Shown: positions 1 to 10,313 of the stretch, piece after piece
Numbering within the stretch: position 1 is the first letter of the stretch
Layout: the number at the start of each line of letters is the position of its first letter
Source: Methanotrichaceae archaeon
GTDB lineage: Archaea > Halobacteriota > Methanosarcinia > Methanotrichales > Methanotrichaceae
Length of the DNA: 64,000 nt
NCBI GenBank assembly: GCA_963803145.1
Contig: CAWDLW010000008.1
Location: 192,001-256,000 of the forward strand
Direction: 5' to 3'
The notes under the pieces: model-generated
The model's database searches: none
What the model was told of the DNA's origin: nothing
What the model saw: only the letters and a program-made list of their open reading frames with translations
Position numbers and translations under genes: made by a program

Positions 1-1
1 C

Positions 2-709
2 AATATATGTTCCATTATATCCCCTTGACTCCATTGCTTTGCTCACCCTCTCTGCCCGATCGTAAGATCTGATAAAAACAAGCGCAAAGATCTCTGCAAA
101 GGTCCGGCTCTGCCTTCTCATGCTCTTTATAAACCCTCCACCCCTCGATTTAAAGGCCCTGATGATGGAGTCCACCATGCTCAATGTTACAAAGAGGAAC
201 CTATAGGACATCAGAAATATCTGGTCTATCGGAGAAGGAAATATCCTGTAAATCATAGTCGAAAGATGGGCATACCTCGTAGTCATGAGTAGCAGGAGAG
301 AAGCGGTCATGGATATCAGAGCTTTCAATAGAAGCCTTATCACCAGCAATAAGCCCTTATCCGTCAGGGTCAAAGATAACCAAGAGGTATGCAAAGAAAT
401 CAACTGTATGCCAGGCTCATTCCATATCAATAGAATGACGAGAGATAAAACAAACAAAACCGGCAAAAGATACCAGTTAAATAAGTTTTTCAGAGGTAGG
501 CCAGAGCGCCAATACAATGCCAGTATGGAAATATACAAAGCTGCTAGCAGAACAACGTTTTGGGCGGTGGTCAAGACTAGAATAGTGGCAATGAGTGCTA
601 TTAGCTTCATCCAAGGGCTGGTCTTGGAGAGCAATGAACGGCCATTCTCACTGTAATAGGTAATGAGATCAAGATCTGGGATATGGCCTGATGCTTGTGA
701 TTTGCTCAT
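2..709 (-). CDS. cbiQ: ECF transporter transmembrane component T (CbiQ/EcfT), 3' end runs off the window
   Basis: Not in the ORF track. Translated by hand from ATG at 709: MSKSQASGHIPDLDLITYYSENGRSLLSKTSPWMKL...YRFLFV...AFKSRG...RSYDRAERVSKAMESRGY. Hydrophobic, with the two xRx (SRG) coupling motifs of EcfT. Confidence 0.85.
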   Translation of the reverse strand, partial: MSKSQASGHIPDLDLITYYSENGRSLLSKTSPWMKLIALIATILVLTTAQNVVLLAALYISILALYWRSGLPLKNLFNWYLLPVLFVLSLVILLIWNEPGIQLISLHTSWLSLTLTDKGLLLVIRLLLKALISMTASLLLLMTTRYAHLSTMIYRIFPSPIDQIFLMSYRFLFVTLSMVDSIIRAFKSRGGGFIKSMRRQSRTFAEIFALVFIRSYDRAERVSKAMESRGYNGTYI

Positions 710-741
710 GGGTAATCGTATATGTTTAAGATAAATCTCCT

Positions 742-1176
742 CTAATCTCCAGCAGGACAGCAGCAACAGGTGTCATGGTGTATCTTTCCGCATACGCCCA
801 TAGTAGGATGCCCCAAAGAGGCACACATTTTATCTATCACGTCTTTGGGCACATATCCTTCGAACTTAGAGGCAGTTTCGCAGGCCTCATTGCTCGATAG
901 CCCGTAACGGCTCAATATCAGGCCGAGGATTCTATGTCGCCTAACCAGAAACTCAGCGTAATCTCTTCCATGCTCGGTTAAAGTTATTCCTCTATATGGT
1001 ATATGCAATATCAAGCCAGTAGTGGCTAATTCGTTGATGCTCTTGGTTATCGTTGAAGGGTCAACTTTAAACCAAGAAGATATATCCGTGGTCTTTACAG
1101 GCCCCCTCTGTTCCAGGATATACTTCAAATACTCGTTCTTTTTGGGTGAAAGTTCTAACCCGGTGATATCCTTCAT
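742..1176 (-). CDS. DtxR/MntR-family metal-dependent transcriptional regulator
   Basis: EYLKYI wHTH, PYRGITLTEHG, RRHRIL metal-binding helix; C-terminal HHDTCCCC. Confidence 0.9.
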   Translation of the reverse strand: MKDITGLELSPKKNEYLKYILEQRGPVKTTDISSWFKVDPSTITKSINELATTGLILHIPYRGITLTEHGRDYAEFLVRRHRILGLILSRYGLSSNEACETASKFEGYVPKDVIDKMCASLGHPTMGVCGKIHHDTCCCCPAGD

Positions 1177-1210
1177 AACTTGTCATGTTTATCCAGGGCC
1201 TTAAATAACT

Positions 1211-1227
1211 TTTGGGTATATGCCAAA
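1211..1227. promoter_or_regulatory. Inverted repeat TTTGG-N7-CCAAA upstream of the DtxR/EcfT unit, possible operator
   Basis: TTTGGGTATATGCCAAA next to an AT-rich TTAAATAA element upstream of the regulator start. Confidence 0.35.
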
Positions 1228-1380
1228 TTTTGAGGATATATTATGAGCCGTACCAAAGAGCAATTTTCTTGCGATTCCATCATCTGCTTTGGTGGCTACA
1301 TCTAATGGATCGGCCTTGACAATCTCAGTCATAACTGAAGAAACTATTTATAGAAATCATAAGCAATAATACGTTATTGG

Positions 1381-1899
1381 GTGATATCAACGAGTGTTAA
1401 GTTTATTATGATTTTGATAGCGCTGACTATATTATATATGCCAGTATTAGGGCAAGAAAACACAGCTGATTACTGGAACAATAATGGTGTAAATCTTTCT
1501 AGAGCAGGTCAATACAATGAGGCTCTTGCAGCATTTGATAAGGCCATCGAACTAAACAAATCATATGTTCAAGCCTGGAGCAACAAAGGAAACGCTTTGA
1601 ATGAATTAGGCAAGCACGATGATGCCATTAATGCATATGATAATGCTATCAAAATAAATCCCGAATATGATGCAGCATGGTATAATAAAGGCTTGACTCT
1701 TGACGCTATCGGCAAGCACGACGAAGCTGTCAATGCATATGATAATGCAATCAAGATAAATCCGGAATATGCAGAAGCCTGGTACCACAAAGGCATTGCT
1801 CTCCTAGTACTAGGTCGCTTCACCGAGTCAAAGGATGCATTCGCTAAAGCCCAGAATCTAGGATATACAGAGCTACCTCCTGTGAACGAATCCGCTTGA
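1381..1899 (+). CDS. Secreted tetratricopeptide-repeat protein
   Basis: Hydrophobic N-terminus; four TPRs (WxNKG..L..LG...A..AYD.AI.INP); repeats 2 and 3 are near-duplicates at 102-bp period. Confidence 0.9.
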   Translation: MISTSVKFIMILIALTILYMPVLGQENTADYWNNNGVNLSRAGQYNEALAAFDKAIELNKSYVQAWSNKGNALNELGKHDDAINAYDNAIKINPEYDAAWYNKGLTLDAIGKHDEAVNAYDNAIKINPEYAEAWYHKGIALLVLGRFTESKDAFAKAQNLGYTELPPVNESA

Positions 1900-2109
1900 T
1901 AATTGTTTATTGCGAGCATACATAAACTCGAAACAACTGAACATTCCTGAAGCAACTGCAGTGAACTATCGCGTCCTGAATGGATATGGAGATTGGCAGT
2001 CCTTTTTGGATTGCTAGCTACTTAAGGGTTATAAAATCGTAAATTGGCAAAAACGTCACCGGTAGGTGCAGTCTTTGCCTGATTAGTTGTTGGAACGATT
2101 GCGTTTATT

Positions 2110-2820
2110 CTAGTATGCAGAGTAGCCCGTTTGGCCGTCCATCGTGTAGCCGCCGTAGTTCGAATTGCAGGGCATCATGCTCTTGCATTTCTCATCGGGC
2201 TTCTTTTCCATGGGCTTCTTCTCTTCTACCTTCTTCTCCTCCGGCTTCTTTACTTCTAACTGTACCTCTGCGGGTTTCTTCTCTTCTACCTTCTTGTTAT
2301 CCTCGCAAACAACTACACACTGCTTCTCTTCCTTCTCGAAAGTCATTGGCTGTTCAGATTCGCAGCATACGGTAACGCACTTCTCGCATTCCCTGTTGAA
2401 ATTGCACTTCTCGCCGCATTTATCGCAGTTTCCATCAAAGTAGTGCGAGTAGCCGCATGCATCGCACATCTCCCAGCCATAGCAATCTGATCCGCAAGTA
2501 TCACAGCGTCCATCTGGATTATCTGTGGCGTATGTCTTATGGCACTTGGGGCAATACTCATATGCGTGGCACTTTTCTCCACATTTGTCGCATTTCCCGT
2601 CGAATGTATACTTCTCATTACATTTATCGCAGGATTCTACAACGCAACATTTCTCGTTGGTCTTATCTTTACACGTATCTTGGGAATAGCTTGCGCCCGA
2701 TGAATGTGAATTATCGCTCGAGCCGGATGCGTACGAATTGTCCTGTGTGCCGTATTGGGCTGACGCAAAAGATACCATGGCTGCCACTGATATCAGCAGC
2801 AAAATCAATATTTTCTTCAC
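2110..2820 (-). CDS. Secreted cysteine-rich repeat protein (26 Cys) with an EKKP-rich tail
   Basis: GTG start with GAGGT RBS; signal peptide MKKILILLLISVAAMVSFASA; three ExCxxC...DGxCDxCGxxC units. Confidence 0.8.
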   Translation of the reverse strand: MKKILILLLISVAAMVSFASAQYGTQDNSYASGSSDNSHSSGASYSQDTCKDKTNEKCCVVESCDKCNEKYTFDGKCDKCGEKCHAYEYCPKCHKTYATDNPDGRCDTCGSDCYGWEMCDACGYSHYFDGNCDKCGEKCNFNRECEKCVTVCCESEQPMTFEKEEKQCVVVCEDNKKVEEKKPAEVQLEVKKPEEKKVEEKKPMEKKPDEKCKSMMPCNSNYGGYTMDGQTGYSAY

Positions 2821-3129
2821 GTTTTACATACCTCAAAGGTTTTTGGTATATAATCGTAAACCAATGAATTAAAAACTATAGTAATATTAAATTAGTATTC
2901 TAATTAAAATCTATCGCTCCTTATTAAAATTACTTATATAGTTTATTAAAAAGTCGTTAATATTAAAAATCTATCTTCGAAATATGGTTATTGACACCGG
3001 ATAGAGTATTTCTCGGCCTCTTCCTGTAGTTTTATATATCGTTTTCATATTTGTCTGGTAGACTATCCTTGTCTTGCTTGCGCCACTTACACAAATTATG
3101 ATCGGATTTGTTGTCTCTATGTATCACGT

Positions 3130-3169
3130 TTTAGGGCAACCGAAAGACATATATTTAGGCCAACCTTAA
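3130..3169 (+). promoter_or_regulatory. Two tandem DtxR/MntR-type operator boxes
   Basis: TTTAGGGCAACCGAAA (3130-3145) and TTTAGGCCAACCTTAA (3154-3169), both near TTAGG-N4-CCTAA, directly before the dtxR-feoA/feoB unit. Confidence 0.65.
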
Positions 3170-3176
3170 CGTCAGC

Positions 3177-3875
3177 GTGATGCCCAAAGAACAGGTTGAA
3201 GAGTATATCGAGGCGATCTTTGATATTGCCGGAAAGGATGGCACAGCCAAAACTCTGGAAGTTGCAAAGAGGCTTAACAACGCCCCAGCAAGTGTGACCG
3301 AAGTATTCCAGAGCATGGCTCAGAACGGCCTTGTGCAATACGAGCCATACAAGGGCGTATCTCTAACAGAGAAAGGTACCGAAGCTGCGATGAAGATCAA
3401 AAGAAAGCATAGGCTCCTCGAAGTATTTTTGACAGAGATATTACACATAGACCCCGAGAAAGTCCATGACGAAGCATGCAAGATGGAACACTGCATCTCT
3501 GATGATGTTGGCGATGCCATTTGCAAGATGCTTGACGCTCCCGCCAGATGCCCCAGTGGAAAGCCGATTTACCTTTGTGAAAAAGGAATAGAGACCTGTA
3601 ACGAGTGCAACAAGGTGGCAGAAAAAGACAAGCTTGTCCATAGGGCGGTTCTGCCCATAACCGACTTAAAACCCTGTCAAAAAGGAATCATAGCCTTTCT
3701 TAGAGGAGGCCGAAAAGCAATTCAGAGGCTTTCGGACCTCGGCCTCACACCCGGAACTGAGGTAACTCTGTTAAGGAAGACGCCCTTACGGGGACCCATT
3801 GAACTGTCGGTGAGGAGGACGTCACTAGCGGTAGGACACGACATCGCTGACAATATCTTTGTTGAGGCCACATGA
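3177..3875 (+). CDS. DtxR/MntR-family regulator with C-terminal FeoA domain
   Basis: EEYIEAI, PYKGVSLT, RKHRLLEVFL, EACKMEH, CPSG; FeoA-like RLSDLGLTPGTEV...PLRGPI. Confidence 0.93.
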   Translation: MMPKEQVEEYIEAIFDIAGKDGTAKTLEVAKRLNNAPASVTEVFQSMAQNGLVQYEPYKGVSLTEKGTEAAMKIKRKHRLLEVFLTEILHIDPEKVHDEACKMEHCISDDVGDAICKMLDAPARCPSGKPIYLCEKGIETCNECNKVAEKDKLVHRAVLPITDLKPCQKGIIAFLRGGRKAIQRLSDLGLTPGTEVTLLRKTPLRGPIELSVRRTSLAVGHDIADNIFVEAT

Positions 3876-5857
3876 GTAAGGCCGAGGTGCCAGTCTTCAC
3901 GAGCTGCACATCTTCTCAGAGCTTGAAAAAAGATGTAAAAGATATAGATCTCACTGTGGCTCTTGCCGGCAACGCCAATGTGGGAAAGAGCGCGGTATTC
4001 AACCAGCTGACAGGTGTTGACCAGATCATAGGCAACTGGCCAGGAAAGACCGTCGAACGGGCAGAGGGAATGCTTGCCCATAAAGGATTAAAAATCAAGA
4101 TCATAGACCTGCCGGGGATCTACTCCTTCTCAACCTACTCAATGGAAGAGATGGTTTCAAGGGATTTTATCGCCCTGGAGAAGCCGGATATTGTGGTCAA
4201 CGTCGTGGATGCATCGGCTCTCGAGAGAAACCTGTTCTTTACAATCCAGCTTCTTGAGCTGAATGCTAACATGATAATCGCCCTCAACCAGATAGATCTC
4301 ATGGAGAAGAAAGGGATCTCCATAGATTACGATAAGCTGGGTGAGCTTTTGAAAGTTCCTGTTGTTCCAACGGTTGCAATAAAGGGAAAAGGCATTTCAG
4401 AGCTGACTGAACAGATAGTGAAGCTGGCTCGGGAAAGAAGAGCCCCTCCGGAGATCAAATATGGGAGAGAAGTAGAGCAGAGAATAAAGAAGCTTTCAGT
4501 TTTACTCGAAAAAGTCGAGATCAATTATCCTCGCAGGTGGCTGGCCATAAAGCTTCTTGAAAGGGACGAGGAAATCACGAAACTCGTCAAAGGGCTCGAT
4601 GGAAGCATCGTCCAAGCTGCAGTGACCCTGGCAGAGGAGATCGAGAAGATCCATGGAGAACCCAGCAGTGTGGTCATAAGTGCCGAACGATACAAAATTG
4701 CAGACGAGATCGCAATAGCGGTTCAGAAGATCCATACCGAAGAGGAATCGCTGACAGACAAGCTTGATAGAATTGCGTTGCATCCAGTCCTTGGATATTT
4801 GGTGATATTAGCAGTAATAGGCGGCCTATTAATATGGACATTCATTATTGGAGATGGGATCTCCAGAGTTCTCGCAGACGTATTCAGCTCCATAGAGCAG
4901 TATGAGCCTGTTATCTCAGGTCCACTCGGAGATATCATCTGGAATGGGGCCTTCACAGGCTTTGTTGCAGGCATAACTCTCATCGTTCCATATGTGCTGC
5001 CATTCTACATCATACTGGCAGCAATCGAGGATTCAGGTTACCTGACCAGGATATCCCTCATGCTTGACAGGGGAATGCATAAGCTGGGGCTGCACGGCAA
5101 AGCGATTATCCCCATGATCCTGGGATACGGATGCAACGTGCCTGCTTGCTTCTCCTGCAGGATAATGGAGACCCCAAAACAGAAGCTTTTGGCAGCATTT
5201 CTAGTTACTCTGGTACCATGCACTGCCAGAACTGTGGTAATCTTAGGATTAGTGGCAAAATTCGTCAGCGTTTGGTGGGCTATGGCATTATATGTTTTCG
5301 ATATAGCCCTCATCATTCTCCTGGGAAGGGTTGCGTTCAAGATTGTACCTGGAGAATCGGTCGGCCTTATCATGGAGATGCCAAGCTATCATACCCCGTC
5401 AGCGAAAGTTGTGCTGAAGCAGACCTGGGCCCGGACGAAATCGCTCATATGGGTAGTCTTCCCTGCATATATCATCGGCAGCGCAGCGCTTCAGGCTTTT
5501 TATGCTGCAGGATGGCTGAATCCGATTAATGAGGTCTTGAGCCCGGTTACAGTGGGATGGCTGGGGCTTCCGGCTGCTGTAGGCATCCTGCTCATATTCG
5601 GTGTGGTAAGAAAGGAGCTAACAATCCTGATGCTGGCAGTGATATTTCAGACAACGAACTTTGGGTCCGTCATGTCTCCAGTGCAACTGATAGTCCTCGC
5701 ACTTGTGTCAATGATTTACATTCCCTGCCTGGCTATGATCCTCAGCCTCGCAAGAGAGTTCGGATGGAAGAAGGCGTCAGCAATCGCCGTCTTTGAGGTG
5801 GTATTTGCAATCTTCCTTGGCGGGATCATGTTTCGTTTGTTAAGCTTAATTATTTAG
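3872..5857 (+). CDS. feoB: Ferrous iron transport protein B
   Basis: G1 GNANVGKS, GNWPGKTVE, DLPG, NQID; membrane domain with GYGCNVPA and PCTAR; ATGA overlap with upstream gene. Confidence 0.97.
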   Translation: MSKAEVPVFTSCTSSQSLKKDVKDIDLTVALAGNANVGKSAVFNQLTGVDQIIGNWPGKTVERAEGMLAHKGLKIKIIDLPGIYSFSTYSMEEMVSRDFIALEKPDIVVNVVDASALERNLFFTIQLLELNANMIIALNQIDLMEKKGISIDYDKLGELLKVPVVPTVAIKGKGISELTEQIVKLARERRAPPEIKYGREVEQRIKKLSVLLEKVEINYPRRWLAIKLLERDEEITKLVKGLDGSIVQAAVTLAEEIEKIHGEPSSVVISAERYKIADEIAIAVQKIHTEEESLTDKLDRIALHPVLGYLVILAVIGGLLIWTFIIGDGISRVLADVFSSIEQYEPVISGPLGDIIWNGAFTGFVAGITLIVPYVLPFYIILAAIEDSGYLTRISLMLDRGMHKLGLHGKAIIPMILGYGCNVPACFSCRIMETPKQKLLAAFLVTLVPCTARTVVILGLVAKFVSVWWAMALYVFDIALIILLGRVAFKIVPGESVGLIMEMPSYHTPSAKVVLKQTWARTKSLIWVVFPAYIIGSAALQAFYAAGWLNPINEVLSPVTVGWLGLPAAVGILLIFGVVRKELTILMLAVIFQTTNFGSVMSPVQLIVLALVSMIYIPCLAMILSLAREFGWKKASAIAVFEVVFAIFLGGIMFRLLSLII

Positions 5858-6064
5858 GCTCTTTAGGCCTGTGCTGATATCCCGTGAGCTTCATGGATAG
5901 CTAATCTGCTAATCTATATACTTACTGGATTATAAAAAAAGGGCTTTTCCACATAGTGTTAGGGCACTTTTGCATTGCATGCTCGACGGATTAAACGCTT
6001 ACATTACCTTTTGTTATGTTACTGCTATATGTCGAGTTATTGCCCTATGTCATATTACTTCTGT

Positions 6065-6961
6065 TTAATATGTTGCTGCTATAGTTGTACTATTATCCAG
6101 GGGCTGATTATCAATCCAATTCTGCCATGAATAAAGCAAGGCATCATAACCCAAGAGCTTCAATGAAAACCATACTACAGATGCCTTGACACCAGTATCT
6201 GTGAACACAACTACTGGTCGGTCTTTACTCAGGTTGATAAATGCTTTTTCTAAGCCCGTTTCGTTTTTAATTTTGTGACCATCGAGCACATTATCATAGG
6301 GTATACTGATGGCTCCGGGTATTGAACCTGCTTCGAATTCTTCAGGAAGTCTTGCATCTACAATCTGGGCCTTGTCGTCTTTTACGTATTCGTATGTGGC
6401 AAAGAGATCCGTTGTGAGATTCGGCGTGTAGTTTGTGCTTGGCCTGATTGCGGATTCGTTGGATGTTGGACCTCCTGCTGCGGCCCAATCCTCCACGGTT
6501 CCATCAAGCACCCTTATGTCCTTCTGTCCTAGACACTTCATCATCCAATAGATGTAAGTCGCAGGTGCAGGTCCGCCGCCGCATGCGAGGCACTCACCGT
6601 ATACTACAACTTTGTCATTACTTGATATTCCCGCATTTCCCAAGATCTGGGCGACCTCGGGCACTGATTTCAGAAGCCCTCCGCCAAGGATGAATTCCGT
6701 ATAGGGAATGACTACTGAGCCCTTTATATGCTTTGTAGAGTTCTGGCTGATATCAAACAGTACATCTGAGTTCGAGACATCGGAGATGGGTAGAAGCATT
6801 TTCTCGAACTTATCGCTTCTATCGGATGTGATATTGCCCTTGTCAAAATTCCCTATAAGATAACTCTCATTTTGGAAATGTGTGCCGCATACCAGAACAG
6901 TCAACGCTAGGAGCAATACGAATATGCCCAACAGCCAATACTGTAGCTTAGTCGGTTTCAT
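6065..6961 (-). CDS. Tandem rhodanese-domain (sulfurtransferase-like) exported/membrane-anchored protein
   Basis: HIKGSV, LGNAGI, VLDGT, IVDAR, GSIPGA motifs; hydrophobic N-terminus; catalytic Cys apparently absent (FTDTGVKAS). Confidence 0.85.
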   Translation of the reverse strand: MKPTKLQYWLLGIFVLLLALTVLVCGTHFQNESYLIGNFDKGNITSDRSDKFEKMLLPISDVSNSDVLFDISQNSTKHIKGSVVIPYTEFILGGGLLKSVPEVAQILGNAGISSNDKVVVYGECLACGGGPAPATYIYWMMKCLGQKDIRVLDGTVEDWAAAGGPTSNESAIRPSTNYTPNLTTDLFATYEYVKDDKAQIVDARLPEEFEAGSIPGAISIPYDNVLDGHKIKNETGLEKAFINLSKDRPVVVFTDTGVKASVVWFSLKLLGYDALLYSWQNWIDNQPLDNSTTIAATY

Positions 6962-7140
6962 AAATTATCACTCTACTCCCAATCCGCATTTATCCATCTG
7001 CCAATAATACATGCTCTCATGATTAGGTGTGGTGATAGGTATATAAAACTTACTTAGAATATTTAGTAGATCTTAATAATGTTAATAAAAATGAATAAAA
7101 GTGTAGATTTATAGATTCTGTAGGTCTAGAGATTCATACG

Positions 7141-7626
7141 CTATTGGGGAATTACTTTTGCGCTTATTATCTTTACTTCCTTCAGCGGCTTATCTCTAAA
7201 ATCCTTCTTGACCTTGCCGATTTTATCAATGACATCCATGCCCTCGATCACTTTTCCGAAGGCTGGATGAGCCTTATCCAGATAATTGTTATCTACCAGA
7301 TTGATGAAGAACTGGCTTCCGCCTGTGTTGGGACCGGCGTTGGCCATGGCTATTGTTCCCCGGTTGTTGCGGTTGTGATCCGTGAACTCGTCCTTGATTG
7401 TGTATCCAGGCCCTCCAGTGCCGGTTCCTGTTGGGTCTCCTCCCTGGATCATGAAGCTGTCGATTACTCTGTGAAAAATCGTGCCGTCGTAGAAGCCGCT
7501 CTCCACGAGCTTCTTGAAGTTGCCTGCTGTGATCGGCATGTCATCATAAAGCTGGATAGTTATATCGCCCATGCTGGTCTTCAGTAAGACCTTGGTCGAA
7601 TTTGCCTGTGTACTGTTATCTGCCAT
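7141..7626 (-). CDS. Cyclophilin-type peptidyl-prolyl cis-trans isomerase
   Basis: FHRVIDSFMIQGGD, AMANAGPNTGGSQFFI, FGKV. Confidence 0.97.
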   Translation of the reverse strand: MADNSTQANSTKVLLKTSMGDITIQLYDDMPITAGNFKKLVESGFYDGTIFHRVIDSFMIQGGDPTGTGTGGPGYTIKDEFTDHNRNNRGTIAMANAGPNTGGSQFFINLVDNNYLDKAHPAFGKVIEGMDVIDKIGKVKKDFRDKPLKEVKIISAKVIPQ

Positions 7627-7818
7627 ATTCCTGCTCCAATGATATCCCTATATGGGGCTCGAAAATAAATAGACTATTGTACTCCGCTTTATCACTGATA
7701 AAGTCTATACCTAAATGAAGTTAAGCCTTTCCTCTAAAGAGGATGTGGGATTGTGAGCTTGAAAATTATATGCTTGGATATGTAATTTAGAGAAGCTCTA
7801 TGATAAATTACGAGGATA

Positions 7819-8088
7819 TTATCCATCATTCTTTACTGCTCTGCCCTCATCCACAACTATATAGTCCTTGATAGCAGAAACGGAATCGAAGGGAATCAGC
7901 ACATACTTGCCATCTTCTCTATATTTATTCCGAGGCAGCTCTGAATCGGGCTTGACCACAAGATCGATCAGCTCTCCAGTTTCGACGTCAAAGACCATGT
8001 TCTCCAGTTCTCCAAGCACAGTGCCGTCGACGTTCACAATCTCCATGCCTGCGATACTACCTGCAAATACCTTGGACAATCCCCTCAC
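7819..8088 (-). CDS. PRC-barrel domain protein
   Basis: GMEIVNVDGTVLGELENMVFDVETGE...IPFDSVSAIKDYIVV. Confidence 0.88.
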   Translation of the reverse strand: MRGLSKVFAGSIAGMEIVNVDGTVLGELENMVFDVETGELIDLVVKPDSELPRNKYREDGKYVLIPFDSVSAIKDYIVVDEGRAVKNDG

Positions 8089-8108
8089 CGTTCCCTATTA
8101 TACAATCC

Positions 8109-10313
8109 CTATCTATAACCTATGTAAGATGGCGGCTCGACCTTCAATCCGCCTTTAAACCTTTCGCCAATGCGCTCATAATAGCTTATCATGCTCTCTT
8201 CTACGGATGGCCTCACCTTCTTCAATGCTTCTCTGAAGTGGTTCATTTCCACCTTGTCCAGATCCTCACGCATTGCAAGAATTGCAGCCTCGCGGCAGAG
8301 CGAATCCAGATCAGAGCCAACATAGCCCTCTGTGAGCTCAGCCAGCTCCTCGATATTGACTTCATCACTCATTGGTGTCTTTGATGTGTGAATTTTCAGG
8401 ATCTCATGCCTGCTGAACTTATCGGGCGGACCTATCATAAGCAGCCTATCGAATCTGCCCGACCGCAGAAGCGCAGGATCAAGGATATCCGGCCTGTTTG
8501 TAGCTGCAATGACCACTACATCCTTCAACGTTTCGAGCCCATCCATCTCTGCAAGAAGTTGATTCACAACGCGTTCCGTTACACGGCTCCCGTCATCCAA
8601 TCCTCTTATCGGGGCTATTGCATCCAGTTCATCGAAGAATATGATCGAGGGCGATACCTGCTTGGCCTTCTTGAATATTTCGCGGATAGCCTTCTCGGAT
8701 TCGCCCACCCATTTCGAGAGCATTTGAGGTCCGCGGATACTTATGAAGTTGGCTTGGCTTTCAGTTGCTATTGCTTGTGCAATCATCGTTTTTCCAGTGC
8801 CCGGCGGGCCATAGAGTAGTATACCCCTTGGCGGGCGTATTCCCATCTTGTGGAACTTTTCAGGTTGCTTAAGCGGCCATTCTATCGCTTCTATCAGCTC
8901 CTGCCTGAGCGTTCCTAAGCCCCCGAGGTCGTTCCAGGTAACTCTGGGCAGCTCCACAAGCACCTCCCTCATGGCAGAGGGTTCTATCTCTTTGAGTGCC
9001 TCATCGAAGTCGTCTCCCGTGACGAGCATCTCATCGATGGTCTTCCGGGGTATCTCATCCTCGGTAGTGAGGTCAGGCAGGTAGCGCCGTAATGCCTTCA
9101 TCGCCGCTTCCTTACAAAGCGCATTTATGTCTGCGCCCACAAATCCGTGCGTGCGATCAACCAGATCATCGAGGATTACATCTTGGTCAATTGGCATACT
9201 ATGCATATGAATCTGAAGGATCTCTATGCGGCCTGCTCTATCTGGAACGCCTATCTCGATCTCTCTGTCAAATCGCCCAGGTCTCCTCAGCGCTGGATCT
9301 ATGGCATCCACACGATTCGTAGCTCCTATTACCACTACTTGCCCTCGCTCTTTCAGCCCGTCCATCATGGCCAGGAGCTGAGCTACAACGCGGCGCTCAA
9401 CCTCACCGGTAACTTCGCTTCTCTTGGGCGCTATTGAATCAATTTCATCTATAAATATAATCGAAGGAGCTGACTTTTGTGCCTCATCGAATATTTCCCT
9501 CAAGCGCTGCTCGCTTTCTCCGTAAAATTTGGACATGATCTCAGGCCCGGCAATTGAGAAGAAGCTGGCTCCACTCTCGTTAGCCACTGCCTTGGCGATC
9601 AGCGTCTTTCCGGTTCCAGGAGGTCCATGGAGCAATACTCCCTTCGGCGGCTCTATTCCGAGCTTCTGGAATACCTCCGGGTGCTTCATTGGGAGTTCGA
9701 TCATCTCACGCACGCGCTGAACTTCAGCTCTCAGTCCGCCGACATTCTCGTAAGTTGTGCCTGTAGCCTTAATGGACCCAACGCCTTTCGCAGGTTTTTC
9801 AAGCAGTATGATCTCAGTACGCTCGCAGATCATCACCACTCCGCCTGGCTCAGCTCCAGTTACTACTAAGGGAACTGCCTCCATTCTGCCGATAAAAGGA
9901 TGGGTTCCTGAACTCATTATAGGAAGGATATCGCCGCTCACGATTGGACGCTTGAGGGTTTGACGGCGAATCAGATCTGCAGCCTCTTCCCCGTAATGCA
10001 TGTGTGCGCCTGCTGGAGGAGCTAGAGTTACTCTCAGGGCATCGGAATATTTTGCCTTGCGGATCTTCACACGGTCGCCGATTCCAACTCCTGCATTCTG
10101 ACGGATAAAGCCGTCAATCCTTATGTAATCCTGTGACCAGTCCTGCCTGTCTGCACGCCAGACTTTGGCAGCCGTAGTCCTCTTGCCCTCGATCTCTATG
10201 ATATCTCCCGGTGAAAGTCTCAAGGTAAGAAGAGCATTGGGGTCAAGCCTGGCTATGCCCCTAGCCGAATCATTCGGATATGCCTTTGCCACCTTGAGCA
10301 GAATATCCTTCAC
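8109..10313 (-). CDS. cdc48: CDC48/VCP-family AAA+ ATPase
   Basis: Two AAA modules (GPPGTGKT twice, IIFIDE/IIFFDE, RPGRFDR), N-domain, C-terminal aromatic tail. Confidence 0.97.
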   Translation of the reverse strand: MKDILLKVAKAYPNDSARGIARLDPNALLTLRLSPGDIIEIEGKRTTAAKVWRADRQDWSQDYIRIDGFIRQNAGVGIGDRVKIRKAKYSDALRVTLAPPAGAHMHYGEEAADLIRRQTLKRPIVSGDILPIMSSGTHPFIGRMEAVPLVVTGAEPGGVVMICERTEIILLEKPAKGVGSIKATGTTYENVGGLRAEVQRVREMIELPMKHPEVFQKLGIEPPKGVLLHGPPGTGKTLIAKAVANESGASFFSIAGPEIMSKFYGESEQRLREIFDEAQKSAPSIIFIDEIDSIAPKRSEVTGEVERRVVAQLLAMMDGLKERGQVVVIGATNRVDAIDPALRRPGRFDREIEIGVPDRAGRIEILQIHMHSMPIDQDVILDDLVDRTHGFVGADINALCKEAAMKALRRYLPDLTTEDEIPRKTIDEMLVTGDDFDEALKEIEPSAMREVLVELPRVTWNDLGGLGTLRQELIEAIEWPLKQPEKFHKMGIRPPRGILLYGPPGTGKTMIAQAIATESQANFISIRGPQMLSKWVGESEKAIREIFKKAKQVSPSIIFFDELDAIAPIRGLDDGSRVTERVVNQLLAEMDGLETLKDVVVIAATNRPDILDPALLRSGRFDRLLMIGPPDKFSRHEILKIHTSKTPMSDEVNIEELAELTEGYVGSDLDSLCREAAILAMREDLDKVEMNHFREALKKVRPSVEESMISYYERIGERFKGGLKVEPPSYIGYR

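Noticed and set aside
285-656. 123-aa plus-strand ORF
   Set aside because: Antisense to the EcfT/CbiQ gene that runs off the left edge of the window
2539-2553. CPKCH as a c-type heme site, making the Cys-rich protein a multiheme cytochrome
   Set aside because: Only one of the seven CxxC motifs is followed by His; equivalent positions in the other repeats are N, G or V
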